From a bacterium (GTDB lineage Bacteria; Bacteroidota; Bacteroidia; Chitinophagales; JADIYW01): 64,000 bases of DNA. The notes beneath the pieces were generated by a model. The model worked only from the letters and a program-made list of their open reading frames with translations, searched no databases and was not told where the DNA came from. Position numbers and translations under genes: made by a program. The stretch is from contig JBBCIS010000001.1 in the NCBI GenBank assembly GCA_037189845.1, positions 327,654-391,653 of the forward strand, given 5' to 3'. Of this stretch, positions 1 through 10,703 are shown piece by piece; positions within the stretch are counted from its first letter, which is position 1, and every line of letters starts with the position of its first letter.

Positions 1-702
1 ACTCTCCAAATTACTCATTACAACTAACTGTTCTATTGTGGCTTCATCCCTGATATTTCCTTTAGCATTGGGGGTTTGCTCTCTCCATTCTTTAGCTGTT
101 TTACCGAATAGGGCTACATTCAGCAAATCAGCTTCATTAGCGTAGATATAACCTGCCTGTTGCGGTGTAATTTCCTTAGGTATAAGGTTCTCTTTGACAG
201 CATCAGTGTGTATCCGGTAATTAATTTTAGAAATCGTTCTTTGTATATTCCATTCTAATTGCTGGTGATTGTTTTCTTCTTCTTTGAGCCGTTGGAATTC
301 TTTGATGAGATACAATTTGAAACTTGGAGAAATCCACGATGCAAATTCAAAAGCTATATCTTTGTGAGCAAAAGTTCCTCCTCCATATCTTCCTGTTTTT
401 GATACGATACCTATTGCCTTGGTTTTTTCAATCCACTGCTTTGAAGACAAAACAAATCCGTTACTGCCTGATGCATTTTTAATGTTACTGAATTCAGTAA
501 CATTAAAATCGGAATTATGAATTTGCTCCCACAATCCCATGAATTCAACTGTAAATCTAGTACTTAACCAATGTGAAATAACTAAACCTGTAATCTCCTC
601 ATTCTTGTGGCGAGCAATATCAGTTAGTGATATATAATCATCCAACCTGTCAGATGCAATTGATATTTCTCTTCCTTCGACTGTAATTTTCCTGTTCTTC
701 AT
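1..702 (-). CDS. KilA-N domain DNA-binding protein (partial; C-terminus lies beyond the window start)
   Basis: Absent from the ORF track because no stop falls in the window. My translation from the ATG at 702..700 gives MKNRKITVEGREISIASDRLDDYISLTDIARHKN..FMGLWEQIHNSDFNVTEF..TGRYGGGTFAHKDIAFEFASWISPSFKLYLIKEFQRLKEEE. The YISLTDIA, GLWE and GTFAHKDIAxEFAxWISP pattern is typical of KilA-N proteins. Confidence 0.8.
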   Translation of the reverse strand, partial: MKNRKITVEGREISIASDRLDDYISLTDIARHKNEEITGLVISHWLSTRFTVEFMGLWEQIHNSDFNVTEFSNIKNASGSNGFVLSSKQWIEKTKAIGIVSKTGRYGGGTFAHKDIAFEFASWISPSFKLYLIKEFQRLKEEENNHQQLEWNIQRTISKINYRIHTDAVKENLIPKEITPQQAGYIYANEADLLNVALFGKTAKEWREQTPNAKGNIRDEATIEQLVVMSNLES

Positions 703-930
703 CACGATAAAATTTTCCTGCTTTCATATTAAGATGCAGCAACCGTGATAATTCCATAAAATGACAGAAAGGTTTGTGCTATTTCTTCTTCAAAAGGCTT
801 AGCAATAAACCGGTTGCCACAACGACATCCACTATATTACATAACTCTCTGCCTAAGGCTATTTTGAAAAATGGTTGAAAGGCACTGTTATAATTTGAGT
901 GTATTTGTTGTTGCTTACTGAAAAGTAATG

Positions 931-1665
931 CTACTCTTTAATTATCTGAATGAATTTTTCTTTTCCTGTCCGATATCTGTTTAGAGTTTCGTCTTTTCCG
1001 TAGTTTTTAGATTTTTTGTTCCACCAGGCACTTCCAGGATGCGGAATGTTTTCAATCTTTATTTTTTCAAATAATAGATTGTCTTTATCATTATGTCTGC
1101 TGTGCATAAATGTATGATAAGATAAACGGCTGGCAAAGATGATTTTTTCCGGTGAAATGATTTGTATCAGGCTCTTTATAGTCTGATACGCTACATCTTT
1201 GTCTTTCGGAGTCAATTCGTTGATGATGCTCGCTGTCTGTGTGGATGCAGGTCGTTGAAAATAATTGTAAAAGGCAAAATGAGGAAAAACGTGCTGTTCG
1301 TCCTGTATTTGGGGCAGGTGTTTTCTGACCTCTTTGATGATGTTGTAATATAAAAGAAGTGGTTTTCTGAACCCAAACTCTTTTGTGTTTTCGGCAATGT
1401 TGACTACAATGCGAGTATTGATATAATCCGTCCAATAATTGCCTTTGAATTTAAAATCTTTGGACGAAGTTGAATACCAGTCATTGAAATGGGCTTCTGT
1501 ATAACATTCTGTGTCAGCATAATGGCTTTCGGCTATTATGAGTGTTTTTATACTGCTTTCGTTCCATTTGCTTCCTATGAACGGTAACATTTCAGGATAG
1601 TTGTGCAAATGTGGAATTTGCTGTTGTAGGGCAGTGTCAAACTTGGTAGTGTATTGGGTTTCCAT
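931..1665 (-). CDS. hypothetical protein with motifs in uracil-DNA-glycosylase-superfamily order
   Basis: 244-aa ORF. It has KTLIIAESHY (position of the first UDG motif), FYNYFQRPA (N...RP as in family-4 UDGs) and IPHPGSAWW (HP[S/G] C-terminal motif). Assigned by eye only. Confidence 0.55.
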   Translation of the reverse strand: METQYTTKFDTALQQQIPHLHNYPEMLPFIGSKWNESSIKTLIIAESHYADTECYTEAHFNDWYSTSSKDFKFKGNYWTDYINTRIVVNIAENTKEFGFRKPLLLYYNIIKEVRKHLPQIQDEQHVFPHFAFYNYFQRPASTQTASIINELTPKDKDVAYQTIKSLIQIISPEKIIFASRLSYHTFMHSRHNDKDNLLFEKIKIENIPHPGSAWWNKKSKNYGKDETLNRYRTGKEKFIQIIKE

Positions 1666-1671
1666 GCTTGT

Positions 1672-1902
1672 TTAGCTTCTCTTATGCCAAGACTTGCCTT
1701 CGTTGGTTGAGTAGTAAAGTCCTTTGGATGTAGTTGCCAAAATTTCTTTTCCGTTGTCAGCTAAGTCTTTAAAATCTCCGTAAGAACTACCTAAAAAACG
1801 AGTGTGCCAAGACTGTCCGTTATTGGTAGAATACTCTATTTTGTTTGTTTGCTTCGGGCTTATTCGGATAATTTCCTTTCCCCTGTTAATCAATTTTCCC
1901 AT
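1672..1902 (-). CDS. small protein with two Asp-box/BNR-like repeats
   Basis: 76-aa ORF ending 6 nt upstream of the 931..1665 start codon. It has two copies of YSTNxGxSWH, which resembles the S-x-D-x-G-x-T-W Asp-box. Confidence 0.5.
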   Translation of the reverse strand: MGKLINRGKEIIRISPKQTNKIEYSTNNGQSWHTRFLGSSYGDFKDLADNGKEILATTSKGLYYSTNEGKSWHKRS

Positions 1903-1956
1903 AATATATAATGAATGTTAGTATAATTGTGTCGTTATGATTTTTCTGTATTGGTA

Positions 1957-3075
1957 TTACTGCTTTGTATATCTACCAGAACCTCTGGTTAAATTAAATG
2001 TGCCCAATGGAGTAACAGCGGTGCCGGAAGTAACATTGATAGTTATAGATAGATTGTTATTACAGAGAGAACCTGTTATCTGCCCTGCGAAATTATTGAC
2101 TGTAATATTGCCGAGTATTCTGTTGATACCACTAAAACTGCCTGTGAAAATCCGTCCGTTTCTCGTACAAACAATCTCTCCTAATAATTCAGAATTTACA
2201 GTGATGTAATTATCATTATTAGCAGGGTTTGTAATCAGCAGAGTGTCTCGAATATCTAAACCAAAAGACAAACTTCCATAATAAGTTCCAACGAAATCAT
2301 TTTCTACACTTATGTTGCATGACGCTATAGATATGTAATGGGTCTTGCTTTTTCCTCTGCCCCTTGAGTTGCTTGCCGTCAGTGTTATTGGATATACCCC
2401 GGTTGGTGTGGCATCTGAAATAAATAAACTACCGGAAAGATAGCAAGTGCTATCAGGATGATATGTTTGTGGCATATTTGTAAAGTAAATGTAATCATTT
2501 GTGCCTGTGGCTGTAATCGTAAGTTCTTCCGGCTCCCCACCCAAATTCTCGACAAAACAATCTAAACCAATACCACCTCCTCTTGCTTCTGTGTACAACG
2601 TATCATTACGAAAAGAAAGATTGCCATCAGAACCAATATGACCTTTGCTGAAAAAATCTCCCACTCTGAAAATCATTGCTACGTTTTCGGCAAAAAGTGC
2701 GTATGGCGTACTTAGAAATTGCGTAGTTCCTATGGTTAGGTAGTTAGTGCCGCCGTTGACGTCTATGTCTATTTTTGCAAAATGTGGCTGTGCGTACCAT
2801 TGTATGTTGGGGAAATTTCCGCTCTGCACACTGCCTCTGCCTATTTCTACATTGAAAATTCCATTGGCAGAAGTGTTAGTTGTATGAGTTTCTGTATATA
2901 CATTTGTGCCTACGGCATTTCCTGTCAGAATACTGATGCGAACGCCGATACTTTTATTGGCAATGGGCGTGCCGCTGCTGTTGGTCGCTACTGCCTGATA
3001 ATTGATAGCTTGCGGTGTTTGTGCCATTGCCGTGCCAAGCACTATAAAACATAAAATGCTAAGGATTTTTTTCAT
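1957..3075 (-). CDS. secreted hypothetical protein (signal peptide)
   Basis: Long ORF. I moved the start to the internal ATG at 3075 (MKKILSILCFIVLGTAMAQTP, a clean signal peptide). That start lies 1 nt after the stop of the upstream gene. Confidence 0.7.
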   Translation of the reverse strand: MKKILSILCFIVLGTAMAQTPQAINYQAVATNSSGTPIANKSIGVRISILTGNAVGTNVYTETHTTNTSANGIFNVEIGRGSVQSGNFPNIQWYAQPHFAKIDIDVNGGTNYLTIGTTQFLSTPYALFAENVAMIFRVGDFFSKGHIGSDGNLSFRNDTLYTEARGGGIGLDCFVENLGGEPEELTITATGTNDYIYFTNMPQTYHPDSTCYLSGSLFISDATPTGVYPITLTASNSRGRGKSKTHYISIASCNISVENDFVGTYYGSLSFGLDIRDTLLITNPANNDNYITVNSELLGEIVCTRNGRIFTGSFSGINRILGNITVNNFAGQITGSLCNNNLSITINVTSGTAVTPLGTFNLTRGSGRYTKQ

Positions 3076-3076
3076 A

Positions 3077-3559
3077 CTATTGGATGATTTGGATTTTGTA
3101 AGTGTTAAATTGTTGTTTGTCTGCATCCGTCACAGACAGAAGATATACACCGTTTGAAAGCTGAGTTAAATTGATTTGTTCCGATTTTAAGTCTATATAA
3201 TTTCTGTGAAAGACCTCTTGTCCCTGCAAATTGAAAACCTGTATTTGCAGGTTGGTATTCGTTGCCTTATTTTCGATATTTAGCATACCTGCGCTTGGAT
3301 TGGGATACACCAATAAGTCGTTTCGGTTCAGTGAATTGTTTTTTATTTCTGTTACCATGTTGAAAATCAATGTATTTTGAAATCCACTGGACAAAACAAT
3401 ATCTCCGTTGATTTCTTTGGATACCAAGGGCTCTCCGATAGTGTATGATAAACTGATATTGCCACTTGTAATGACTTTACCAGATGAAGAAAAAGCCTGC
3501 TGCGCATTAGCAAAATGACCCAGTGCGGAAAACAAAAACAGAAAGTATATTTTTTTCAT
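3077..3559 (-). CDS. T9SS C-terminal sorting domain (type A CTD) secreted protein
   Basis: Signal peptide MKKIYFLFLFSALGHFANAQ. The C-terminus LLVYPNPSAGMLNIE...VFNLQGQEV...LSNGVYLLSVTDADKQQFNTYKIQIIQ is the canonical Por/T9SS secretion tail. Confidence 0.85.
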   Translation of the reverse strand: MKKIYFLFLFSALGHFANAQQAFSSSGKVITSGNISLSYTIGEPLVSKEINGDIVLSSGFQNTLIFNMVTEIKNNSLNRNDLLVYPNPSAGMLNIENKATNTNLQIQVFNLQGQEVFHRNYIDLKSEQINLTQLSNGVYLLSVTDADKQQFNTYKIQIIQ

Positions 3560-3677
3560 AGTTCAAACGAATGGGTCAAATATAGTATAAAAAGGATTAT
3601 AGGCATATATGCCTAATATAAGTTTTTTTATTCGTTTAAATTTTGTCTTGGTGATACACATTAAAGACAGGGAATTG

Positions 3678-3887
3678 ATGCTTAAATTTGGTGCTACATT
3701 GAGGAGTATCCGAAAGTCTAAAAATCTATCTCAGCAAGCATTGGCTAATGATGCAGAAATAGAATTAAGTCAGGTATATCGCATAGAAAAAGGAAAGGTA
3801 AATCCTACTCTCAGTACTATCAGCAATCTCGCAAAAGCATTAGAAATAGATATAAAAGATTTATTTGAGTTTTCTAAAGGAGCTTAA
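3678..3887 (+). CDS. XRE-family helix-turn-helix transcriptional regulator
   Basis: MLKFGATLRSIRKSKNLSQQALANDAEIELSQVYRIEKGKVNPTLSTISNLAKALEIDIKDLF is a typical HTH_3/Cro-C1 pattern. The start is moved to the internal ATG. Confidence 0.8.
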   Translation: MLKFGATLRSIRKSKNLSQQALANDAEIELSQVYRIEKGKVNPTLSTISNLAKALEIDIKDLFEFSKGA

Positions 3888-3968
3888 AAAATAGAATACA
3901 GAATATTCCTGAGCTATGTATACTCGTTAGGATTCAAAGCTACAAGTTTGTTATAGTATTGCGTCAGC

Positions 3969-4058
3969 ACAGCCCGGATAGAGGCGGGTAGCCCGCAGTG
4001 AATTCCGAATCCTTTCGGAAGGAGCGAGGATTATGAGCCGAAAGCCGGATAAGCTGCC
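3969..4058 (+). repeat. GC-rich ~90-nt intergenic repeat, family R, copy 1
   Basis: cagcccggatagagg...gccgaaagccggataagctgcc. The same ends recur at 14241..14333 (same orientation) and 35146..35213 (inverted). Confidence 0.7.
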
Positions 4059-4084
4059 AAAATAGTATAGAGTTTCTGATTAGA

Positions 4085-4112
4085 CTGCGGCTTCGACTTC
4101 GCTCAGCCACCG
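4085..4112 (+). repeat. partial copy of intergenic repeat family S (cggcttcg-ctcag-cca core)
   Basis: ctgcggcttcgacttcgctcagccaccg resembles caggcttcgctcagtagccac (41661-) and cttcggcttcactcagtgacc (41871-). Confidence 0.5.
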
Positions 4113-4159
4113 TTATATCAGCAAAATCGTCATTCGTACTTCTAAAATCGTACTTATGA

Positions 4160-7015
4160 TTACTTCAACTCTTCCTTCAAAAACTTGCCGGTAATAGATT
4201 TTTTTGATTTGGCGACCTCTTCGGGAGTACCTTCCGCTACGACAGTACCGCCGTTGCGCCCGCCCTCAGGGCCGATGTCCACGATATAATCTGCGACCTT
4301 GATGACATCGAGATTGTGCTCGATGATGACCATAGTATTGCCACGGTTGACGAGCTTCTGGATGACTTCCAAAAGGATGCGGATATCTTCGAAATGCAGA
4401 CCAGTAGTCGGTTCATCGAGGATGTAAAAGGTATTTCCTGTGTCTTTTTTGGCGAGCTCCTCAGCGAGCTTGACCCTTTGCGCTTCACCGCCGGAAAGAG
4501 TAGTCGCCTGCTGGCCGAGCTTGATGTATCCGAGACCGACATCTACGAGCGTGTTGAGCCTGCGGCTGATTTGCGGGATAGCTTCGAAAAACTCCGCCGC
4601 TTCGGCAATCGTCATTTCCAGTACCTGATAGATGGTTTTGCCTTTGTATTTGATTTCCAGCGTCTCACGATTGTAGCGTTTGCCCATGCATTTGGTGCAT
4701 TCGACATAGACATCCGGAAGAAAATTCATCTCTATCAGTTTCATACCGCCGCCCTGACATTCCTCACAGCGTCCGCCTTTGACATTGAAAGAAAAACGTC
4801 CCTGCTTGTAACCACGGATTTGAGATTCAGGTACCTGTGCAAACAATGCACGGATATTGTCGAATACGCCTGTATAAGTAGCCGGATTGGAACGTGGTGT
4901 ACGTCCGATAGGCGACTGGTCGATTTCAATCACTTTGTCGACGTGTTCCAGTCCTTCGATGGATTTGTAGGGAAGCGGATTGTGCGGCGAACGATAGATG
5001 TGCTGATTGAGAATCGGGTACAAAGTATCGTTGATGAGCGTGGATTTACCACTGCCGGATACTCCCGAGATACAGGTCAGTGTGCCCAAAGGAATACTGA
5101 GATTGACATTTTTTAGATTGTTACCCGTAGCACCTTTGAGGTGAATATAGTGACCGTTGCCTTTTCTTCTTTCTTTGGGGATGTCAATATTTTTGACACC
5201 TTTGAGATAATCAGAAGTAATCGTGCCGCTGTTGACAAAAGTTTCAGGAGTGCCTTCGCCTACGATTTCGCCACCGTGAGCACCTGCGCCGGGACCTAAA
5301 TCGAGAATATAATCTGCGGCAAGCATAATGTCTTTGTCGTGCTCTACCACGAGAATGGTATTGCCGATATCTGTCAGATTTCTTAAAGATTTTATCAACC
5401 TGTTGTTGTCTCTCTGGTGCAGACCGATGCTGGGTTCATCCAGAATATAGGTAATGCCCATGAGCTGTGAACCTATCTGAGTAGCGAGACGGATACGCTG
5501 ACTTTCACCGCCGGAAAGTGTACCTGTAGCGCGATTCAGCGAAAGATATCCCAAGCCGACTTCCAGCAAGAATTGTGTGCGTTCTTTCAGCTCTTTCAGA
5601 ATATCTCTGGCTATGACTGCCTGGTTGTCTTTGAAATAATTGTCCAGACTTTCTACCCAGTCGTAAAAATCAGTCAAATCTTTCTGAGAAACTTCCCCGA
5701 TGTGCTGGTTGTCTATTTTGAATGAAAGAGATTCTCTTTTCAGGCGGAATCCGTGACAGGAAGAGCAGGTATAATCGCTGATATAGTTGGCTGCCCAGTT
5801 TTTGAGCGCTTCCGACATTTCATCGTGATAGCTTCTTTCTATCTGAGTGGCGATGCCTTCATATCTGACAGCGTATTTGGTATCGCTTTTTTCTACCAGT
5901 TCAACTTCAGTATCAGTCTCCGTTCCATGGAGCAATACTTTCAGGCTTTCTTCCGAAAGCTCTTTGATGGGCTTTTTGATATCGTCACCATTTTGCTGAA
6001 TCAGCTCTTTGACGACCTTGTAGGTATTGTTGTTTTTGTAAGGTCCCAACGCTACTATACCGCCTTGTTCGATAGATAATTCATTGTCAGGAATAATCTT
6101 TTTCAGGTCGGCTTTTTTCTCGGTACCCAATCCTTTACAGGCAGGGCAGGAGCCGTAAGGCGTGTTGAATGAGAAAGAATTTGGCGATGGTTCTTCGTAG
6201 GAGATTCCTGTAGTAGGGCAGATGAGGGACTTGCTGAAGGTTTCGACCTTTTTCGTTTCATGATCTTCTATGAAAATCAAATCATTGCCCAGATTCAAAG
6301 CTGTCTGTACGGATGAACGCAGTCGCTGAATATCTTTATCCTGTATCTTCAATCTGTCCACCACCAGCTCGATGTCGTGGATTTTGTACCTGTCCAGCTG
6401 AAGTTTGGGTGTAATATCTATAATCTCACCATCCACACGGACTTTCAGGTAACCTCTTTTGGTCAGATCCTGGAAAAGCTCTCTGTAGTGGCCTTTTCTA
6501 CCTCTGATGAGCGGTGCCAGTACCACGACTGCCTTGCCTTCGTATTGTTGCAAAAGGTGGTCGATGATTTGCTCTTCGGTAAATCTGACCATTCGCTCGC
6601 CAGTGTTGTAGGAGTATGCTTCTCCCAGTCTGGCATATAGCAGACGCAGGAAATCATACAGCTCAGTAGTCGTTCCTACAGTAGAGCGCGGGTTTCTATT
6701 GGTCGTTTTCTGTTCGATAGAGATGACAGGGCTCAGGCCGGTAATTTGTTCCACATCAGGCCTTTCTATGCTGCCGATGAATTGTCTGGCGTAGTTGGAA
6801 AGACTTTCCATATACCTCCTCTGACCTTCTGCAAAGATGGTATCAAATGCAAGAGATGATTTGCCGCTGCCGCTCAGGCCTGTAATGACAGTCATCTTAT
6901 TGCGGGGGATCCGGAGGGAGATATTTTTGAGATTGTGGACTCTCGCTCCTGAAATTTCTAAAAACTCGACTTCTCCATCCTGTAAATCAGGCAGCTGGTA
7001 ACCGGAATTCATCAC
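4160..7015 (-). CDS. uvrA: excinuclease ABC subunit A
   Basis: 951 aa with two ABC ATPase modules (GLSGSGKSS and GVSGSGKST Walker A; LSGGE signatures), Zn-finger CxxC pairs and full-length UvrA organisation. Confidence 0.97.
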   Translation of the reverse strand: MMNSGYQLPDLQDGEVEFLEISGARVHNLKNISLRIPRNKMTVITGLSGSGKSSLAFDTIFAEGQRRYMESLSNYARQFIGSIERPDVEQITGLSPVISIEQKTTNRNPRSTVGTTTELYDFLRLLYARLGEAYSYNTGERMVRFTEEQIIDHLLQQYEGKAVVVLAPLIRGRKGHYRELFQDLTKRGYLKVRVDGEIIDITPKLQLDRYKIHDIELVVDRLKIQDKDIQRLRSSVQTALNLGNDLIFIEDHETKKVETFSKSLICPTTGISYEEPSPNSFSFNTPYGSCPACKGLGTEKKADLKKIIPDNELSIEQGGIVALGPYKNNNTYKVVKELIQQNGDDIKKPIKELSEESLKVLLHGTETDTEVELVEKSDTKYAVRYEGIATQIERSYHDEMSEALKNWAANYISDYTCSSCHGFRLKRESLSFKIDNQHIGEVSQKDLTDFYDWVESLDNYFKDNQAVIARDILKELKERTQFLLEVGLGYLSLNRATGTLSGGESQRIRLATQIGSQLMGITYILDEPSIGLHQRDNNRLIKSLRNLTDIGNTILVVEHDKDIMLAADYILDLGPGAGAHGGEIVGEGTPETFVNSGTITSDYLKGVKNIDIPKERRKGNGHYIHLKGATGNNLKNVNLSIPLGTLTCISGVSGSGKSTLINDTLYPILNQHIYRSPHNPLPYKSIEGLEHVDKVIEIDQSPIGRTPRSNPATYTGVFDNIRALFAQVPESQIRGYKQGRFSFNVKGGRCEECQGGGMKLIEMNFLPDVYVECTKCMGKRYNRETLEIKYKGKTIYQVLEMTIAEAAEFFEAIPQISRRLNTLVDVGLGYIKLGQQATTLSGGEAQRVKLAEELAKKDTGNTFYILDEPTTGLHFEDIRILLEVIQKLVNRGNTMVIIEHNLDVIKVADYIVDIGPEGGRNGGTVVAEGTPEEVAKSKKSITGKFLKEELK

Positions 7016-7026
7016 CGAAAAAATAT

Positions 7027-7344
7027 TTATTTGTTAGAAAGCAATTGCTGAATAGAATAGTCCTGGATTTTCTGTTTCAAATCCCTGATAATATCCTCTG
7101 CTTTTTGCTGAATGGGTGCCTGAATGCTGGTTTTGGTTTCTTCTATCTGCATGGCGATGCGTGTCTGGAGGTCTTTTTTGAATGCATCCATCTGGTGCAT
7201 GAAATCCATTGTGATGCGTTTGCCTTCATCTTCAGTGTATTGCTGATTCTGGATCAAATCTTCCATGAGTTCCTGAAACTTATCTTTACTCAGCTTGATA
7301 GTGCCGACTACAGTATAAAGTATTTGTTGGTGTAAAGAGTTCAT
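7027..7344 (-). CDS. hypothetical coiled-coil protein
   Basis: 105-aa ORF, Q/E/K-rich with helical character, lying directly downstream of uvrA. No family recognised. Confidence 0.5.
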   Translation of the reverse strand: MNSLHQQILYTVVGTIKLSKDKFQELMEDLIQNQQYTEDEGKRITMDFMHQMDAFKKDLQTRIAMQIEETKTSIQAPIQQKAEDIIRDLKQKIQDYSIQQLLSNK

Positions 7345-7780
7345 CCCTGCTTATTCAAGTCTCTAAAATTATCAAATTTCAAACGATTCTCCGAATGAAA
7401 AACCTATAATGATAATGTTAAAAGATGTCATAAACAACGAAATGAATGGTTAAAAAGCAAAGGATAGCTCCTTTCGATTGAACAATTTCTGAGAATGTGG
7501 ATTACTTTTATAGAGATATACCAAGTAATATAATTCAAGTAAAATGAATGATAATCTATTTTAGATTTTGAAAAATCACAAAAGTATGTCAAAATTTTAG
7601 AGTAAATATGTAGGATATAAGAGCTGTTTTCTACAACTATAATAGATAAATTATTGAAATAGCAAAACCTGATTTTATGAATAAATGTGGAAAACTTTCA
7701 AAGGTAAAAATGCACTCAAATCGTCATATCTGATCTGTTGAATGCATAAAATCCATCCTATATGAGTATTTTAGCGAGTT

Positions 7781-9499
7781 ATGTCAGAGTCTTTGATTAT
7801 TACCCCTAAATTCAAAAACTGGTTGTTTCTGCAGCCGGATGATTCTGTCGTTCAAAATTTACAGGAAGAACTTAAAATCCACCCGTCTATTTGCAGGTTG
7901 CTGGCGTTGCGTGGCATAAAGAATAAGGAAGAAGCTATCCGTTTTTTTTATCCTTCGATGGAGCATCTTCATGATCCGTTTCTGATGAAAGACATGGATA
8001 AAGCCGTGTCGAGAATCCATGCGGCGATTCAGTCCGGAGAGAAGATTCTGATTTACGGAGATTATGATGTGGACGGGATCACTGCTGTAGCTTTGCTATA
8101 TACTTTTTTTAGCAGCTTTTACAGTAATATCGGATATTATGTGCCTGACAGAAATAAAGAGGGCTGCGGAATATCCTTTGATGGTATCGATCATGCTGAG
8201 CAAGAGAAGTATTCGTTGCTGATAGCGTTGGATTGCGGAGTAAAAGACCATAGTAAGATATCTTATGCGAAAGAAAAAGGAATAGATGTCATCATCTGCG
8301 ACCACCATTTGCCGGAAGATAAATTGCCGGAGGCTGTAGCTGTTTTGAATCCCAAAAGACCGGACTGCAATTATCCGTTCAAAGAGCTGAGTGGTTGCGG
8401 CGTTGGCTTTAAGCTATTGCAGGCTTATACACAGAAATATGAGCTGGAAAGAGAAATATTGCATCAGCTGCTGGATTTTGTAGCAGTGAGCATTGCTGCG
8501 GATACAGTATCTCTCACCGGCGAAAACAGGATTCTGGCATACTATGGAATGAAGCTGATCAATGACAAAACCAGAGTCGGCTTTAAAGCGATTCTGGATA
8601 TTGTAAAGGCTAAAAAGAAGCTGGAGCTGATGGATCTGGTATTTACTATCAGTCCCAGAATCAATGCTGCCGGGCGAATATTGCACGCATCTTATGCTGT
8701 GGAATTACTGATAGAAACGGATGCTAAAAAAGCCAGAGAAAAAGCGCAGCTTATTCACGATAATAATTCTGATCGCCAGGTTCTGGATAAAGATATTACC
8801 TCATCAGCATTGGACATTATTTATGACGATGACGATTTCGAAGACAAAAGAGCAATTGTTATTTATCAGCCGCACTGGCACCAGGGAGTAATTGCGATTG
8901 TTGCTTCCCGCATGGTAGATCAGTTTCATAAGCCCACCATTATTCTTACCGAGTCTAATGGATTGGTTGTGGGTTCCGGAAGATCGGTCCCCGGATTTGA
9001 TCTGCACGATGCAATCAATGCCTGTAGTCAGTATGTCATACAATTTGGAGGGCATAAGTATGCTGCCGGATTCAGTATGGAAAAGGAGCATGTAGAGGAT
9101 TTTATGGAAGCTTTTGAGCAGATAGTTCAGGAACGAATTCAGGAAGATCAGCTCGAGCCTAAAATAGAGGTAGATGATATTATTGAGCTGGACGATATCA
9201 ATGAAAAATTCTTTGATCTGATAGAAAAAATGGCACCTTTCGGTAGTGGAAATCACAAGCCTGTTTTTGTTACCAGAGATGTAAAAGATACCGGGAACAA
9301 TGGTTTTGTAGGTAAATCTCATTTGAAACTGCATGTTTCCAAACCCGGACAAATGCCGAAGTCTGGAATAGGCTTTAATATGTGGGATTATATTCCTTAT
9401 CTGAGAAGTAAAGGGACCTTTGATATTTGTTATCAGATGTATGTCAATGAGTGGAATGGCCAGAGAAATATTGAGATTAGATTAAAAGATTTGAAATAA
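7781..9499 (+). CDS. recJ: single-stranded-DNA-specific exonuclease RecJ
   Basis: 572 aa with DHH-family motifs ([20 protein letters not shown]) and a DHHA1 region (GGHKYAAG). Confidence 0.95.
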   Translation: MSESLIITPKFKNWLFLQPDDSVVQNLQEELKIHPSICRLLALRGIKNKEEAIRFFYPSMEHLHDPFLMKDMDKAVSRIHAAIQSGEKILIYGDYDVDGITAVALLYTFFSSFYSNIGYYVPDRNKEGCGISFDGIDHAEQEKYSLLIALDCGVKDHSKISYAKEKGIDVIICDHHLPEDKLPEAVAVLNPKRPDCNYPFKELSGCGVGFKLLQAYTQKYELEREILHQLLDFVAVSIAADTVSLTGENRILAYYGMKLINDKTRVGFKAILDIVKAKKKLELMDLVFTISPRINAAGRILHASYAVELLIETDAKKAREKAQLIHDNNSDRQVLDKDITSSALDIIYDDDDFEDKRAIVIYQPHWHQGVIAIVASRMVDQFHKPTIILTESNGLVVGSGRSVPGFDLHDAINACSQYVIQFGGHKYAAGFSMEKEHVEDFMEAFEQIVQERIQEDQLEPKIEVDDIIELDDINEKFFDLIEKMAPFGSGNHKPVFVTRDVKDTGNNGFVGKSHLKLHVSKPGQMPKSGIGFNMWDYIPYLRSKGTFDICYQMYVNEWNGQRNIEIRLKDLK

Positions 9500-9500
9500 G

Positions 9501-10250
9501 GTGATTTTAAGATCTGAAAAACTCATCAAGACATACAGTTCCCGTACTGTCGTTAATCAGGTTTCTATAGAAGTAAACCAGGGAGAAATTGTTGGTCTTT
9601 TGGGACCGAATGGCGCAGGGAAAACGACATCGTTTTATATGATCACCGGACTGCTCACACCGGATAAGGGTAAAATATATCTTGATCAGAAGGATATATC
9701 CAAAATGCCTATGTACAAAAGAGCGCAGCTGGGTATTGGTTATCTTCCACAGGAAAACTCGGTATTCAGAAGCCTGAGTGTAGAAGATAATATCAGAGCG
9801 ATTCTGGAATTTACATCTTTGAACAAGATGCAAAGAATGGATAAGCTGGAACAATTGCTGGAAGAATTCAGCCTGAAGCATGTTCGTAAAAATCTGGGCA
9901 AAGTTCTTTCAGGAGGAGAGCGCAGGAGAACGGAAATCGCGCGTGCATTGGCATCTGACCCTAAGTTTATTCTGCTGGATGAACCTTTTGCGGGAATTGA
10001 CCCGATTGCTGTGGAAGATATTCAATCTATCGTCGCAGATCTTAAAAACAGAAATATTGGTATCCTGATTACCGATCACAATGTACAGGAGACTTTGTCG
10101 ATTACTGACAGAGCCTATCTTTTATTTGAAGGAAAAATACTGATGCACGGTACAGCCGAAGAGCTTGCATCAGATGCAACCGTTCGAAAAGTATATCTGG
10201 GAGAAAGCTTTGAGCTGAGAAGAAGAGTTCCCAGATCCATCAATGAGTGA
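9501..10250 (+). CDS. lptB: LPS export ABC transporter ATP-binding protein LptB
   Basis: GTG start 1 nt after the recJ stop. Features are [37 protein letters not shown] and [12 protein letters not shown], with the length and motifs of LptB. Confidence 0.85.
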   Translation: MILRSEKLIKTYSSRTVVNQVSIEVNQGEIVGLLGPNGAGKTTSFYMITGLLTPDKGKIYLDQKDISKMPMYKRAQLGIGYLPQENSVFRSLSVEDNIRAILEFTSLNKMQRMDKLEQLLEEFSLKHVRKNLGKVLSGGERRRTEIARALASDPKFILLDEPFAGIDPIAVEDIQSIVADLKNRNIGILITDHNVQETLSITDRAYLLFEGKILMHGTAEELASDATVRKVYLGESFELRRRVPRSINE

Positions 10251-10333
10251 TATTATACTTATCATGCAGAAAATTATTTCGGATAATCATTTATAGATTA
10301 AGTTTGAGATTATTGCTCGTTTTCTTCATTAGA

Positions 10334-10555
10334 TTATTCCTTTTTTAAAATTGCCACATATCCACGCCACAGTGCAGAAGATATAACACTGCTTTTGGAT
10401 TTTTTGTCAGGATTCTTTTCAAAATAGGCTTCTAATGGATTGCTGTGCAAGTCATAAGTAGTTCCGTTGTAGATAATTTTGTCAGGCTGCTGTGCTGTAG
10501 CAAAAGTATCTACTGCTAAAAATAATACCAATACAAATGTGAAAAATGTTTTCAT
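10334..10555 (-). CDS. small secreted protein, possibly a C-terminally truncated gene fragment (cassette 4 of the island)
   Basis: 73 aa with signal peptide MKTFFTFVLVLFLAVDTFATAQ. It ends abruptly after SALWRGYVAILKKE and is preceded by intergenic motif copy A. Confidence 0.5.
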   Translation of the reverse strand: MKTFFTFVLVLFLAVDTFATAQQPDKIIYNGTTYDLHSNPLEAYFEKNPDKKSKSSVISSALWRGYVAILKKE

Positions 10556-10598
10556 ATTCTTGATTGTTTACTGTCTGATAAATTACTGCCAAATTGCC

Positions 10599-10645
10599 GA
10601 AGATGGAAATTTTTAATGCAAAAGTTCAATCGAAGAACGAAAGTT
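10599..10645 (-). repeat. island intergenic motif, copy A (promoter-like cassette junction)
   Basis: gaagatggaaatttttaatgcaaaagttcaatcgaagaacgaaagtt is nearly identical to 11620..11667 (a few substitutions and one indel) and more distantly related to 12785..12830. Confidence 0.75.
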
Positions 10646-10703
10646 GAACATTCAAAAATATCCAATCAAAACCGTCCACATAGTATATGTGGTGATATTC
10701 TAG

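Noticed and set aside
4237-6657. Multiple 60-270-aa ORFs on both strands inside uvrA (for example 4316..5116 on the plus strand, 266 aa).
   Set aside because: These are shadow ORFs of a long, confidently identified gene, with no motifs of their own. Similar shadows inside pckA, ftsH, recJ, the thiolase gene and the KAP NTPase gene were rejected for the same reason.
7345-7780. A 435-bp AT-rich gap between the uvrA-side operon and recJ, examined for ncRNA, promoters or repeats.
   Set aside because: I recognised no conserved RNA motif, hairpin or repeat. It probably just holds divergent promoters, and I cannot place them confidently by eye.
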